From NCBI GenBank assembly GCA_964399495.1, contig CAYNQX010000015.1, forward strand, positions 7,380 to 71,379: a stretch of DNA of 64,000 bases, written 5' to 3'. Shown piece after piece: positions 1 through 9,191 of this stretch. This DNA comes from an uncultured bacterium. Its GTDB lineage: Bacteria > Krumholzibacteriota > Krumholzibacteriia > JACNKJ01. Numbering within the stretch: position 1 is the first letter of the stretch; every line of letters begins with the position of its first letter. The translations under genes were made by a program, and so were the position numbers. The notes beneath the pieces were generated by a model. That model was given only the letters and a program-made list of their open reading frames with translations. It searched no databases and had not been told where the DNA came from.

Positions 1-2
1 TA

Positions 3-2609
3 GTGCGTGCCCTCGCGCTGAAGTCGCTCGTTGAGGTAGCGCAGCTCCAGGGCCACCTCGGGCGTGTAGCCGCGGTCGAAGGTGTCGGGCCTCACGTACA
101 CGATGTCCGTCAGGTTCTCCACGGCGCCGTTGCCCAGCACCGATTCGGAGTAGACGATCACGCGCTCGGGGTCGTCCACCCGCCTGTCGAGGTCGATCTC
201 CTCGCGCCCCACCACCATGGGCCGGATCTGCAGCACTGCGAACTCCGCCGGCCGGCCCTCCCGCGCCTTGGGCCCGGCCGCGAACTCGATCTCCACCGGC
301 GCGGCCATGCCGCGGCTGCCCAGCTCGAGGATGTCCTGCAGGAGCTCCGGCAAGGGGAACATGCTCGTCTTGAGCACGCCGGCCATGGTCACCAGACGCA
401 CGCCGGGCCGCGAGATGCCGTCGTACACCGCGTCGTTGTCGGGCATGTAGGTGGAGGCCACGGCGGCCAGGGTGCCGTCGGCCTCGGCGCGCTCGAGATC
501 CATGCAGACGAGGCCCGCGTTGCCGTCGGCCCGCGCGAACACCTCCGGACGGCTCAGGTCGAGGGCCCAGAACTCGCGCTGGGAGAAGCGCAGGTAGTCG
601 TCGGTCGTGCCGAACTGGGGCAGGTGGCGCGGGTGTTTCGGCGAGAACCACAGCGAGCGCCCGCCCTCCACCACGCTCTTGCCCAGACCCAGCACCACCG
701 AGGCGGAGCCCTCCTCGGGCTTCTCGCCGTAGACCGGATAGAAATTGTAGGACTGAGCCACGCCGGCCACGCAGGGGTAGAGGATATCCCCGTGCGCGTC
801 GCCCACCATCCGCTGGATGATCACCGCCATCTTCTCCTCCTCGATGCGGTTGGGCGTGCCGCGCAGGTAGGCCTTGGCGTTGCGGAAGTAGGTGGAGGCG
901 TAGACCAGCTTCACGGCGTGGCAGAGCTGCTCCAGGCGCACGTCGTCGTCGGGATGGTTGTTCGGCAGCATGTGGCTCGTGTAGACGCCGGCGAAGGGCT
1001 GGTGCTGGCTGTCCTCGAGCAGGCTCGAGGAGCGGACGGCCAGGGGGTAGCGCACCTCGTCGAGGAAGGCCACGAGGTCGTCCACCACGTCCAGGGGCAG
1101 ACGCGAGCGCACGAAGGCCTCGGCGATCTCCTCGTCCGGCAGGTCGCCGAGCGCCTTGCCCAGAAGGCCGTTCTCGTCCATGAACTCGTCGAAGACGCCG
1201 GTGGCCAGCACGGCGCTCTCGGGCACGAACACGCGCAGGTCGGGAAAGCGCTCCTTGAAGTCGTAGCGGGTGAGCAGGGCGTTCACGAAGGCGAGGCCGC
1301 GGCCCTTGCCCCCGAGCGATCCCTCGCCGATGCGCACGAAGCTGCTGCTCGTGTCGAAGTGGGCGCGGGAAAAGTCCGCCACCCGCCCGCGGCGCACCAG
1401 CTCGCGGTACTCCCGCAGCGTGTCGCGCAGGTAGCTGCGCAGGGCCTCGCTGTCGGCGAACTGGCTCACCTTCACCGGCCGCAGGCGCATGGCCAGCTCG
1501 AACTCCGTGCGCGCCATGAACCAGTTGGAGAAATGGTTGCGCCGCGCGTGGTAGTGGATCGAGTCGGCCGGCACCTCCTTCAGCAGGCGGCTCATGGCGG
1601 TGAGGTCGCTCGCGCGCCCCACCTCGGTGCCGTTGGGCAGCATGAAGATGAACTCGCCGAAGCCGAGGCTCGCCTTCATGAACCTGCGCAGGTCGTTGAG
1701 CAGGGTCGGCGAGCCCTTGTGCAGAAATCCCACGCCGAGGGCGTGCGCCTCGCGCGCGCGGCTCTCGTCGGACGACTGCATGAGCACCGGCAGGTCGGGG
1801 TCTTCCCGCTTCACGTGGCGAATCAGCTCCACGCCGGCCATGGGGTCGAGCTCGCCCCCGCGATTGAAGCCCGCGTCGGTGATCATACAGAGCATGTAGT
1901 CGTTGTAGGATTCGTAGAGCTGCAGCGCTTCCTCGTAGGTCTCGGCCAGCAGGATCTTCGGCCGCGCGCGCATGCGCAGCAGCTTGTCCATGACGTCGAT
2001 GCCGTCGGCCATCAGGTTCTGGGTCTGGCGCATCAGCTCGGTGTAGATGATCGGCAGGTAGGCCGAGAAGAAGCGCACCGAGTTCTCCACCAGCAGGATA
2101 CAGCGCACCGACCCCTCGAAGGTGTCGGCCGCCGCGTTCATCTGATCCTCGATGCACTTGATGATGGCCAGCAGGATCCGCGAGTCGCCGCGCCAGGCGA
2201 ACACGCGCTCGATGTCCGGCTTGAGCTCCTGCTCGCCGATCAGCGCGATCTCCCGCGTGTTGTAGACGAGACAGGCCACGGGCAGATCGGGGTGCAGCTT
2301 CTTGATCCGGCGGCCGAAGTCGCGCACTTCCATGTCGCCGAGGCGGGTCATGGTGATGACCAGGTCGAAGCGCCCGTCCTGGAGACGGGCCAGGGCCTGC
2401 TCGCCCGAGGAGACCCGCGTGACCAGCGGGGCGTAGCTCAGGTTGAGCTGGGCGTACTCGCCGAGCAGCAGTTCCGTGAGCCGCCCGTCCTGCTCGATGA
2501 CGAAGGAATCATAGAGGCTGGAGACCAGGAGGATGTCGCGAATGCGAAAGGGCATGAGCCGGTCGAAACCGGAGAAGCTGAATGCGCTGGGCAGGACATC
2601 CTTGGCCAT
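3..2609 (-). CDS. Receiver-domain / PEP-pyruvate-binding (PPDK_N, PEP-synthase-like) fusion protein, 3'-truncated by window edge
   Basis: Open minus-strand frame from ATG 2609 (MAKDVLPSAFSFSGFDRLMPFRIRDILLVSSLYDSF) to the edge, absent from the ORF track because it has no stop. Receiver-like segments (FDLVITM, MITDAGF), then GGKGRGLAF, LAVRSSSLLEDS, FAGVY, VLGLGKSVVEG and LQIRP motifs of the ATP-grasp PEP/pyruvate-binding domain. Confidence 0.88.
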   Translation of the reverse strand, partial: MAKDVLPSAFSFSGFDRLMPFRIRDILLVSSLYDSFVIEQDGRLTELLLGEYAQLNLSYAPLVTRVSSGEQALARLQDGRFDLVITMTRLGDMEVRDFGRRIKKLHPDLPVACLVYNTREIALIGEQELKPDIERVFAWRGDSRILLAIIKCIEDQMNAAADTFEGSVRCILLVENSVRFFSAYLPIIYTELMRQTQNLMADGIDVMDKLLRMRARPKILLAETYEEALQLYESYNDYMLCMITDAGFNRGGELDPMAGVELIRHVKREDPDLPVLMQSSDESRAREAHALGVGFLHKGSPTLLNDLRRFMKASLGFGEFIFMLPNGTEVGRASDLTAMSRLLKEVPADSIHYHARRNHFSNWFMARTEFELAMRLRPVKVSQFADSEALRSYLRDTLREYRELVRRGRVADFSRAHFDTSSSFVRIGEGSLGGKGRGLAFVNALLTRYDFKERFPDLRVFVPESAVLATGVFDEFMDENGLLGKALGDLPDEEIAEAFVRSRLPLDVVDDLVAFLDEVRYPLAVRSSSLLEDSQHQPFAGVYTSHMLPNNHPDDDVRLEQLCHAVKLVYASTYFRNAKAYLRGTPNRIEEEKMAVIIQRMVGDAHGDILYPCVAGVAQSYNFYPVYGEKPEEGSASVVLGLGKSVVEGGRSLWFSPKHPRHLPQFGTTDDYLRFSQREFWALDLSRPEVFARADGNAGLVCMDLERAEADGTLAAVASTYMPDNDAVYDGISRPGVRLVTMAGVLKTSMFPLPELLQDILELGSRGMAAPVEIEFAAGPKAREGRPAEFAVLQIRPMVVGREEIDLDRRVDDPERVIVYSESVLGNGAVENLTDIVYVRPDTFDRGYTPEVALELRYLNERLQREGTH

Positions 2610-2741
2610 CGGGGGCTCCCCTCACGTACCGGATACTCCCGAGATCCTAATCGCGCAGCCGGGGATGATAAAGGACGAAAGCCGCCGGACTTGCCGACTT
2701 CACGACCGCGATTAAACTCAAGGTAAGGCCAGGAGGACGCA

Positions 2742-3473
2742 ATGAAGAGCTACCGCAGTCCGAATCTCGACAAGATCGTCGGCAAGCACCTGCAAATGTG
2801 GGAGATCCGGAAGGAGGTCAACGTACGGCGGAGTCGCGAGGAGAGCGCCGGAATCGAGGAACTCGGCCCCTACCTCAGCATCAGCCGCCTGCCCTTCAGC
2901 AGGGGCGACGAGGTCGCGCAGCTCTGCGCCGAGCGCCTGGGCTGGGTGCTCTTCGATCGCGAGATCGTGGACTTCATCGCCCAGGACGCCAAGACCCTCG
3001 GCAAGTTCGTGTCCAGCCTCGACGAGCGCGTCCAGAACACCATGAACGACTGGATCCAGACCGCCCTGGACACCAGCTCCATGGGGCACATGGCCTACCT
3101 GCGCCATCTCAAGCGGGTGCTGATGACCATCGCCCTCCACGGCAACGCCGTGATCCTGGGCCGCGGGGCCAACTTCATCCTGCCGCCCGAGGCCGGGCTG
3201 CGGGTGCTGGTGAACGCCCCCAGCTCGCACCGCATCTCCAACCTGGGCGAGGCTCACGAGCTGTCGGTGAGCGAGGCCAGCCGCGAGCTGCGCCGCCTCG
3301 ACGAGCAGCGGCGCGACTTCCTGCGCACCCACTTCCTCGCCGCGGGACAGGAGATGGAGCACTACGACCTCATCGTGAACATCGAGCGGATGAAGCCCGA
3401 GCAGGCCGCCACCCTGATCGTGGACAGCTTCTACACGCTCGACCGGCGCAGCGCCGCGAACAAGACCGTCTGA
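2742..3473 (+). CDS. Cytidylate kinase-like family protein
   Basis: GGAGG RBS; LSISR...AERLGW.LFDREIV, VILGRGANFIL and YDLIVN motifs. Confidence 0.8.
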   Translation: MKSYRSPNLDKIVGKHLQMWEIRKEVNVRRSREESAGIEELGPYLSISRLPFSRGDEVAQLCAERLGWVLFDREIVDFIAQDAKTLGKFVSSLDERVQNTMNDWIQTALDTSSMGHMAYLRHLKRVLMTIALHGNAVILGRGANFILPPEAGLRVLVNAPSSHRISNLGEAHELSVSEASRELRRLDEQRRDFLRTHFLAAGQEMEHYDLIVNIERMKPEQAATLIVDSFYTLDRRSAANKTV

Positions 3474-3578
3474 AGCGCGCGGCGCGAACTGCGCGCAAAA
3501 TCCCTTGCGGCCCCCCGGGCAGCGGCTACACTGCGCCTGTCGCAGCAATCACCTCGCAATTCAGGGAACTCCGTCCGC

Positions 3579-4709
3579 ATGCCCGACTCCCGACCCAATC
3601 GCGTCCTGCACGTCATCACCCAGCTCATCGTCGGCGGGGCGGAACGGCAGCTCTTCAACCTGTGCCGACTCATGCCGCGAGATCGCTTCGAGAACGCCGT
3701 CGTCAGCCTGATCGCCGGCGGCGTGCTGATTCCGGATTTCCGGGAGATCGGCTGCACGGTGTTCGAGGTGGACCGAAGGCACACGGGCGGCGCCGCCGGC
3801 CAGCTCCTGGAGATCACGCGCCTGATCCGCGAGTGGCGTCCGGATCTCATCCAGACCTGGCTCCTCAAGGGCAACCATGTCGGCCGTCTGGCCGGCGCGC
3901 TGAGCGCGAACGCGCCGATGGTGGCGGGTTTCCGCGACATGGGTTTCGGGGCCGGCCCCGGCGATACCTTCGTCGACCGTCTGCTCTCCCCGGCCACGAC
4001 GCTGATCCTCCACAACTCCAGAGGCGGTCGGCGCGCGCACCTGGGGCGGCTGCACGAGTGCGGGGGCGCCCGCCACGGGCTACTGCCGAACGGGGTCGAC
4101 GAGAACCTGTTCGGGGCCGACGCCGAGGCCAGAGCCGAGATCCGCGCCGAGCGGGGCCTCGCGGCGGACACGCCGGTGGTGATCATGGTGGCGAGGCTGC
4201 AGCCGATCAAGAATCCCGACCTCTTCATCGATGTGGCCCGACGCGTGCGCGGACAACGGCCCGACGCGCAGTTCTGGCTGGTGGGCGGCGGCCCGGAGCA
4301 CGGCAGGCTGCGGGCCCTGCTCGAGACCGACCCCGACCCCGGCATCTGGCTCGCCGGCGAACGCTTCGACGTGCCGCGCCTGCTCGCCGCCGCGGATCTG
4401 GCCCTGCTCACGAGCCGCAGCGAGGGACTGTCGAACACCATCCTGGAGGCGATGGCCAGCGGGCTGCCGGTCATCGCCACCGACGTGGGCGGCAACGGCG
4501 AGCTGGTGACCGACGGTGAGAACGGCTACCTGGTTCCGGTGCAGGAGGCCGAGGCCATCGCGGCTCGGATCCATGAACTCTTGCAAAATCTTCCGCTTGC
4601 GGAAATGATGGGACGACGGGGCCGGGAGATCCTCGAGGCGCGCTACTCCATGAGCAGCCTCGTCGACCGCGCCGGCGATTACTACGAACGCGTGATTCGC
4701 GGAGGGTGA
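3579..4709 (+). CDS. Glycosyltransferase family 4
   Basis: LHVITQLIVGGAER N-terminus, MVARLQPIKN, SRSEGLSNTILEAMASGLPVIATDVGG signature. Confidence 0.92.
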   Translation: MPDSRPNRVLHVITQLIVGGAERQLFNLCRLMPRDRFENAVVSLIAGGVLIPDFREIGCTVFEVDRRHTGGAAGQLLEITRLIREWRPDLIQTWLLKGNHVGRLAGALSANAPMVAGFRDMGFGAGPGDTFVDRLLSPATTLILHNSRGGRRAHLGRLHECGGARHGLLPNGVDENLFGADAEARAEIRAERGLAADTPVVIMVARLQPIKNPDLFIDVARRVRGQRPDAQFWLVGGGPEHGRLRALLETDPDPGIWLAGERFDVPRLLAAADLALLTSRSEGLSNTILEAMASGLPVIATDVGGNGELVTDGENGYLVPVQEAEAIAARIHELLQNLPLAEMMGRRGREILEARYSMSSLVDRAGDYYERVIRGG

Positions 4710-5551
4710 TACGTATGCAGGCAGGAACGGCATCGGGGGGCAGGCCGCCCATCACTTTTTTCCGCAACGACGACGTGAACGAACTCACGCCCGAGCTCAT
4801 CGCGGTGAGCGAACGGCTCTGGAGCCTGGACGTGCCGGTGATCCACGCCGTGGAGCCGGGCAACCTCACCGACGAGTGCGCGTCCTGGCTGAACGAGCGC
4901 AAGGCCGAGCACGGCCGCCTGCTCGAGATCACCCAGCACGGTTACAACCACGTGCGCCACGACCGGGGCGAGTTCGGCGGCAAGCGCAGCTCCCGCGAGC
5001 AGTACGAAGATCTCGAGCGCGGCATGCGGATCATGGACGACCGCTTCGGCGACCGATGGTTCCGCTGCATCAGCTTTCCCTACGAGCACTACAACCGCGG
5101 CACCCTGCGGGCCATCGAGGATCTGGGCTACCTGGTCATCAGCTGTCGACGGGACACCGACTTCTCCGCGGCGATGCTCCAGCACCTCGGACGCATGACG
5201 AAGCGAGGCCAGATCGGCTCCCGACACGTGAGCCATCACCTGGCCATCCACCCCGGCACGAACACCTTCGCGGTGGACTGGGCGATCGACTTCACCGAAA
5301 ACCACGGCGACACGAGCGGCGAGATCCGCACCCTGAGCCGGCTCATGAACCGCTACGAGAAGACGAGCAGCCGACAGGACGTTTTCGGCTGGCGGCTCCA
5401 CCACCGCTATCTCAGGTCGGAGGCGAACCTCGACCTCCTGTGCGAAGTCGTGGAGGAGCTGCGCAATCGCCGTCCTGAGATCGAGTTCCGCACCTACAAG
5501 GAGATCTTCGCGGCCTTCGGACCGCGGAAGCTCTCCCTGGCCACGCGGTAA
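4706..5551 (+). CDS. Polysaccharide deacetylase / DUF2334-like protein
   Basis: FFRNDD and ITQHGYNH metal-binding motifs; GTGA overlap with the GT4 stop. Confidence 0.7.
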   Translation: MIRMQAGTASGGRPPITFFRNDDVNELTPELIAVSERLWSLDVPVIHAVEPGNLTDECASWLNERKAEHGRLLEITQHGYNHVRHDRGEFGGKRSSREQYEDLERGMRIMDDRFGDRWFRCISFPYEHYNRGTLRAIEDLGYLVISCRRDTDFSAAMLQHLGRMTKRGQIGSRHVSHHLAIHPGTNTFAVDWAIDFTENHGDTSGEIRTLSRLMNRYEKTSSRQDVFGWRLHHRYLRSEANLDLLCEVVEELRNRRPEIEFRTYKEIFAAFGPRKLSLATR

Positions 5552-5720
5552 GCGACCGTTTACCGTGCGCTACTCCATCTGACGTATTCTGCGGCCCACA
5601 CGACATCATGACTTGCTTCGTCGCCGGGCTTGGCCGAAGCTTGGTGCGTTCAGAACCTGCAACCCCCAAGATTCCGTTCCGTCACATCACGGCTCGGATC
5701 TAATATCAGGAGGATCTCGA

Positions 5721-6485
5721 ATGAAGATGACCACCTTCTTGCGCTCGCTCTTCGCGGTCGCACTCATCGGAGTTATGGCCTTCGGCAGTGTCGGCTGTCT
5801 CGGCGGCGATGACGACGACGGCGACGGCGACTCCGGTACCGCCTTCAGTGCCGAGACCGCCGTGACCATCGGTGTCCCCACCGCGACGCTGCAGAGCGAG
5901 TTCGTCATCAACTCCGCGATCGCGGCGGCCGGCGGGTTCGGCCCGGCGCGGGACGACGACTACTTCTGGGATGAGGACGAGCAGGCCTACTACCGTGATC
6001 TCGACGATGTCGACGGCGACACAACCTGGGAGGGGTTCATCCGCGCCCAGTTCTTCGACGACGGCACGCCCGTCGAGGACACCGATCTCGCGGACATGGC
6101 CAACATCATTCTCGACCTGAACATGCTCAGGAACGATAGCGGAGCAACCGTCGAGGCGGACTACGACTTCGACGTCGACGTCACGGGCATGGGCGGCGGC
6201 ACCCTCACGATCGAGGGCGGCGGCGGCTTCTCCTACGAAGCCACCCTCGCGGGCCTGTCCGCAGCCACGTACATGTCCACCTGGGAGACCGTGGCGCCCG
6301 ACCACGTCACCATGCCCGAGGGCGGCGGCTGCCCGACGGGTGAGATCCTGTACACGATGACTCCCTACACGATGAGCATTGTGTATGATGGCACACCCTC
6401 GGCGGACTACACCGTCTTCGACGGTTCCGGTGATCCGATCGCCAACGGCACCGGCACGATCTCGGTGGGGTGCAGCACGAACTAA
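5721..6485 (+). CDS. Acidic hypothetical lipoprotein (254 aa)
   Basis: AGGAGG RBS before ATG 5721; hydrophobic signal ending GSVGC followed by an Asp-rich linker. Confidence 0.75.
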   Translation: MKMTTFLRSLFAVALIGVMAFGSVGCLGGDDDDGDGDSGTAFSAETAVTIGVPTATLQSEFVINSAIAAAGGFGPARDDDYFWDEDEQAYYRDLDDVDGDTTWEGFIRAQFFDDGTPVEDTDLADMANIILDLNMLRNDSGATVEADYDFDVDVTGMGGGTLTIEGGGGFSYEATLAGLSAATYMSTWETVAPDHVTMPEGGGCPTGEILYTMTPYTMSIVYDGTPSADYTVFDGSGDPIANGTGTISVGCSTN

Positions 6486-6487
6486 AG

Positions 6488-6552
6488 GCTCCGCGAAGTT
6501 CCCCGCACGCTTCGCACGGACGAGAGGCGCTTTGCGGGGAACTTCGCTCCGC
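6488..6552 (+). repeat. REP-like hairpin unit, copy A
   Basis: GCTCCGC end, perfect 15-bp stem GCGAAGTTCCCCGCA/TGCGGGGAACTTCGC, loop CGCTTCGCACGGACGAGAGGCGCTT. Confidence 0.85.
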
Positions 6553-6590
6553 CGACAAACCGTCCCCCCGGGGGGACTCATAAAAACCAA

Positions 6591-6620
6591 AGACCCCCCG
6601 CCGAATCCGGCGGGGGGTCT
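6591..6620. terminator. Intrinsic terminator hairpin between convergent genes
   Basis: AGACCCCCCGCCG-AATC-CGGCGGGGGGTCT, with an A-rich tract to the left (U-tract on the minus strand). Confidence 0.75.
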
Positions 6621-6623
6621 TCT

Positions 6624-6700
6624 GCGAGGGAAGGGTTCTAAGGAGCGCCTCTGAGCCGAGTCTTCGAGGCGAAGTGAAGCGACGTGAACCCTGACCGAGC
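6624..6700 (-). repeat. REP-like unit, long-loop variant, copy B
   Basis: Minus strand GCTCGG..AGGGTTC..CGCTTC..CTCGAAGACTCG..GAGGCGCT..GAACCCT; shares the CGCTTC/GAGGCGCT core with copy A and CTCGAAGACTCG with copy F. Confidence 0.65.
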
Positions 6701-9060
6701 TATTTCAGGAGCAGCATCTTCCCACAAACATTCCCCGCCGCGCCGCTCACGCGCACCAGATAGACGCCGCTGCCCAGGGACTCGCCGCGGTCGTCACGAC
6801 CGTCCCACTGCAGCTCGTGGCGACCGGCCGGCCACTCCTCGTTCAGCAGCACGCGCTGCAGACGTCCCTCGACGTCGTAGATCGACACGTTCCAGCGGCC
6901 CGGCTCGGGCAGATCGAAGCGGATCATGGTCGATGGGTTGAACGGGTTGGGCGCGTTGCCCACAAGGCGCAGCAGCGCCGGCGCCTCAGCGTCCCCGGCC
7001 GGCGTGGGATCGTAGACGACGTACATCGAATCGCCGCTGCTCGTGACGAAGCCGAGCGGGGTGTCGTTCACGTCCAGTACCGAGTTGCCGGTGAAGGGCA
7101 GGGCCATGGCGCCGTCCGCGGTACCGACGCCGGTGAAGTGGCAGTAGGCCACGGTGCCGGGATCGGCCACGACGCCGTCGGTGAAGCTCAGGTCGAAGTG
7201 GGCCACGGTGTCGTCGGTGGGCGTGTGGTCCGTGAAGATAAAGGTCAGGCCCGAGGTGGTGGCCCACTCGCCGGCCGTTATCGAGTCGAGGCGCACGTAG
7301 GTCTCGTCGAAGTCGAAGGTGAGATCCACGCTCTTCACGCCGCCCTGGGCGGGTGTGATGTCGACGGCCAGCACCAGTTGATCGTCGGTATTCACGGAGC
7401 TGACGGGGGGATCGATCGCCACCTGCCCCACGAGTTCCTCGGTGTCGCCCGTGCTCGCCTGCCAGACGCGCCAGCTCGTCTCGTCCTGGAGGAAGGCGGT
7501 CACGTTGAGATTGGCCTCGGTCCAGTAGGCCGGAATCGTCACCGGCACCTCGAAGCTCTGGGGGCCGACGGTCGGACTCACGACCAGGCCGGCCTCGGTG
7601 GGCAGCATGCGGCGCAGGGCCTGATGGTGCGTGTTGTGGCCATTGCCGCCGGCGAAGTAGTAGTCGTCCTCGGTGATGCAGACCTTCAGACGGTAGTCGC
7701 CCGCCGGGTTCAGCGGCTCCTTCACGTTCACGCAGGCCACGGCGGTGCTGTCGCCCGGACGCCAGGTGAGGTCGATGCAGCCGGGGCTCAGTATGCTCTT
7801 CCGCTGCTCGAACAGCGTCGTGTACTGGGCCGAGGTGGAGCCGCAGTCCTGGACGCCGTCCAGCCAGAAGTGCGGCGTGTAGTCGTAGCCCCACTGCGGC
7901 ACCAGCGTCTGGTTCTGTGCGGCGTTGTGCAGGTAGAGGATGTCGCCGCCGTTGGGCCACCAGGTATGAACCCGGATCATTGCGACATCATCACCCTGCC
8001 CGGGTAGCCAAGCGTCGAAGTAGTCCTCAGCGGGCGCACAGTAGCTACATCCAGCGTTGGTGTGCATCCAGCCCAGGGGCACGTGGACCTGCGTGTAGCT
8101 GTCGCAGGTACTCTGCGCGGTGTCGTTGCTGGTGTCCATGTCCGTGGCCAGGATGGAGGTGGCCTCGAACTCGTAGTAGTTGCCGGCGGTGACGAAGAAG
8201 CCGGGCATGGCCACGGTCTGCTGCTCGCCGACGTCGAGCTGCATGTTCACTCCCTCGTTGTACACCTCGACGCCGGACTCGTGAATCGTCAGCACCAGGC
8301 CGATGTCCTCGAGGTTGGCGCCCTTGTTCTCCACGACCACCTCGGGGCCGATGAGCTGGCCGTCGACGCACTGCTCGTCGTCGGGGCTGATCGACAGCAC
8401 GGCGATGTCGTGGGCGAAGGGCTCATAGATACGCACGTCGTCGATGTACCAGTCGTCGGCGTAGGAGCCGGTGTAGCGGAAGGCGACGTACACCACCGAC
8501 TCCCCCACGTAGTCCAGCAGGCTCACGGTGACGGGATCCCCCGCGAAGCCCTCGTCGATGCTGTGATTGGCGGGCGTCCAGTCCACGAGTGTCGTGAAGG
8601 AGGCCGTGTCGGTCTGGCTGGTGGTGCTGACCGCGATGTAGTGATGCTCGCCGTAGCCGGGCCAGTAGGCCTGATCCTCGTAGAACTCGAGGTAGGCCGC
8701 GCCGACGGTTGAGAGGTCGATCGCCGGCAGGACGAGCCACTCGTCCTGGCTCGTGCCCTGGACTCCGTAGTTCACCCACGCGCTGTAGGTGCCGCTGTGG
8801 GCCTTGGAGCTGGTCTGCGCCCAGGTGTGGGTGTTGCCCAGATTGATCACTTCCCAGCCCGCGGGCGGAAAGCTGCCCTCGAAACCCTCGTTGAACAGGT
8901 CGGTGCGATCGGAGTCGGAGGCCGGCGCCATGGATGTTCCCAGGACGGGCGCCGGTGTGGAGCCGTTCGACTCGTGGGCGAGGACGCCGCCCGCGACCAC
9001 CGTCATCAATGCGATCAGCACGAGCAGAGAAAGGATCTCCCGGATTCTCCCCTTCAGCAT
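6700..9060 (-). CDS. Secreted multidomain protein: choice-of-anchor J / cleaved-adhesin-like, Ig-like, Omp28-like thioredoxin fold (CSYC), cohesin-like, FlgD-Ig/T9SS-type C-terminal domain
   Basis: GGAGG RBS before ATG 9060; signal peptide; FNEGFEGSFPPAGW, DEWLVLPAIDL and DDWYIDDV motifs; HTNAGCSYC; tail PNPFNPST...IYDVEGR...WDGRDDRG...SGVY...KMLLLK. Confidence 0.85.
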   Translation of the reverse strand: MLKGRIREILSLLVLIALMTVVAGGVLAHESNGSTPAPVLGTSMAPASDSDRTDLFNEGFEGSFPPAGWEVINLGNTHTWAQTSSKAHSGTYSAWVNYGVQGTSQDEWLVLPAIDLSTVGAAYLEFYEDQAYWPGYGEHHYIAVSTTSQTDTASFTTLVDWTPANHSIDEGFAGDPVTVSLLDYVGESVVYVAFRYTGSYADDWYIDDVRIYEPFAHDIAVLSISPDDEQCVDGQLIGPEVVVENKGANLEDIGLVLTIHESGVEVYNEGVNMQLDVGEQQTVAMPGFFVTAGNYYEFEATSILATDMDTSNDTAQSTCDSYTQVHVPLGWMHTNAGCSYCAPAEDYFDAWLPGQGDDVAMIRVHTWWPNGGDILYLHNAAQNQTLVPQWGYDYTPHFWLDGVQDCGSTSAQYTTLFEQRKSILSPGCIDLTWRPGDSTAVACVNVKEPLNPAGDYRLKVCITEDDYYFAGGNGHNTHHQALRRMLPTEAGLVVSPTVGPQSFEVPVTIPAYWTEANLNVTAFLQDETSWRVWQASTGDTEELVGQVAIDPPVSSVNTDDQLVLAVDITPAQGGVKSVDLTFDFDETYVRLDSITAGEWATTSGLTFIFTDHTPTDDTVAHFDLSFTDGVVADPGTVAYCHFTGVGTADGAMALPFTGNSVLDVNDTPLGFVTSSGDSMYVVYDPTPAGDAEAPALLRLVGNAPNPFNPSTMIRFDLPEPGRWNVSIYDVEGRLQRVLLNEEWPAGRHELQWDGRDDRGESLGSGVYLVRVSGAAGNVCGKMLLLK

Positions 9061-9191
9061 GTCTGCCTCCCGTTGCGAATCAAGCATTTCCGGAATTCTC
9101 ACAGAATAGGGGTCCAATTATAGTATAGCAGATCATCCCTGCCATATCAGGAACTGATCAGAATTCTGTCAAAAATCGAGGGGAAGACGGC

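Noticed and set aside
3-2726. 907-aa plus-strand ORF and similar long ORFs (9169-12354, 9417-12146, 17553-20216, 41577-44990, 52905-56504, 58128-60665)
   Set aside because: Antisense or off-frame shadows of real genes in high-GC DNA; Arg/Ala/Gly/His-rich, without motifs.
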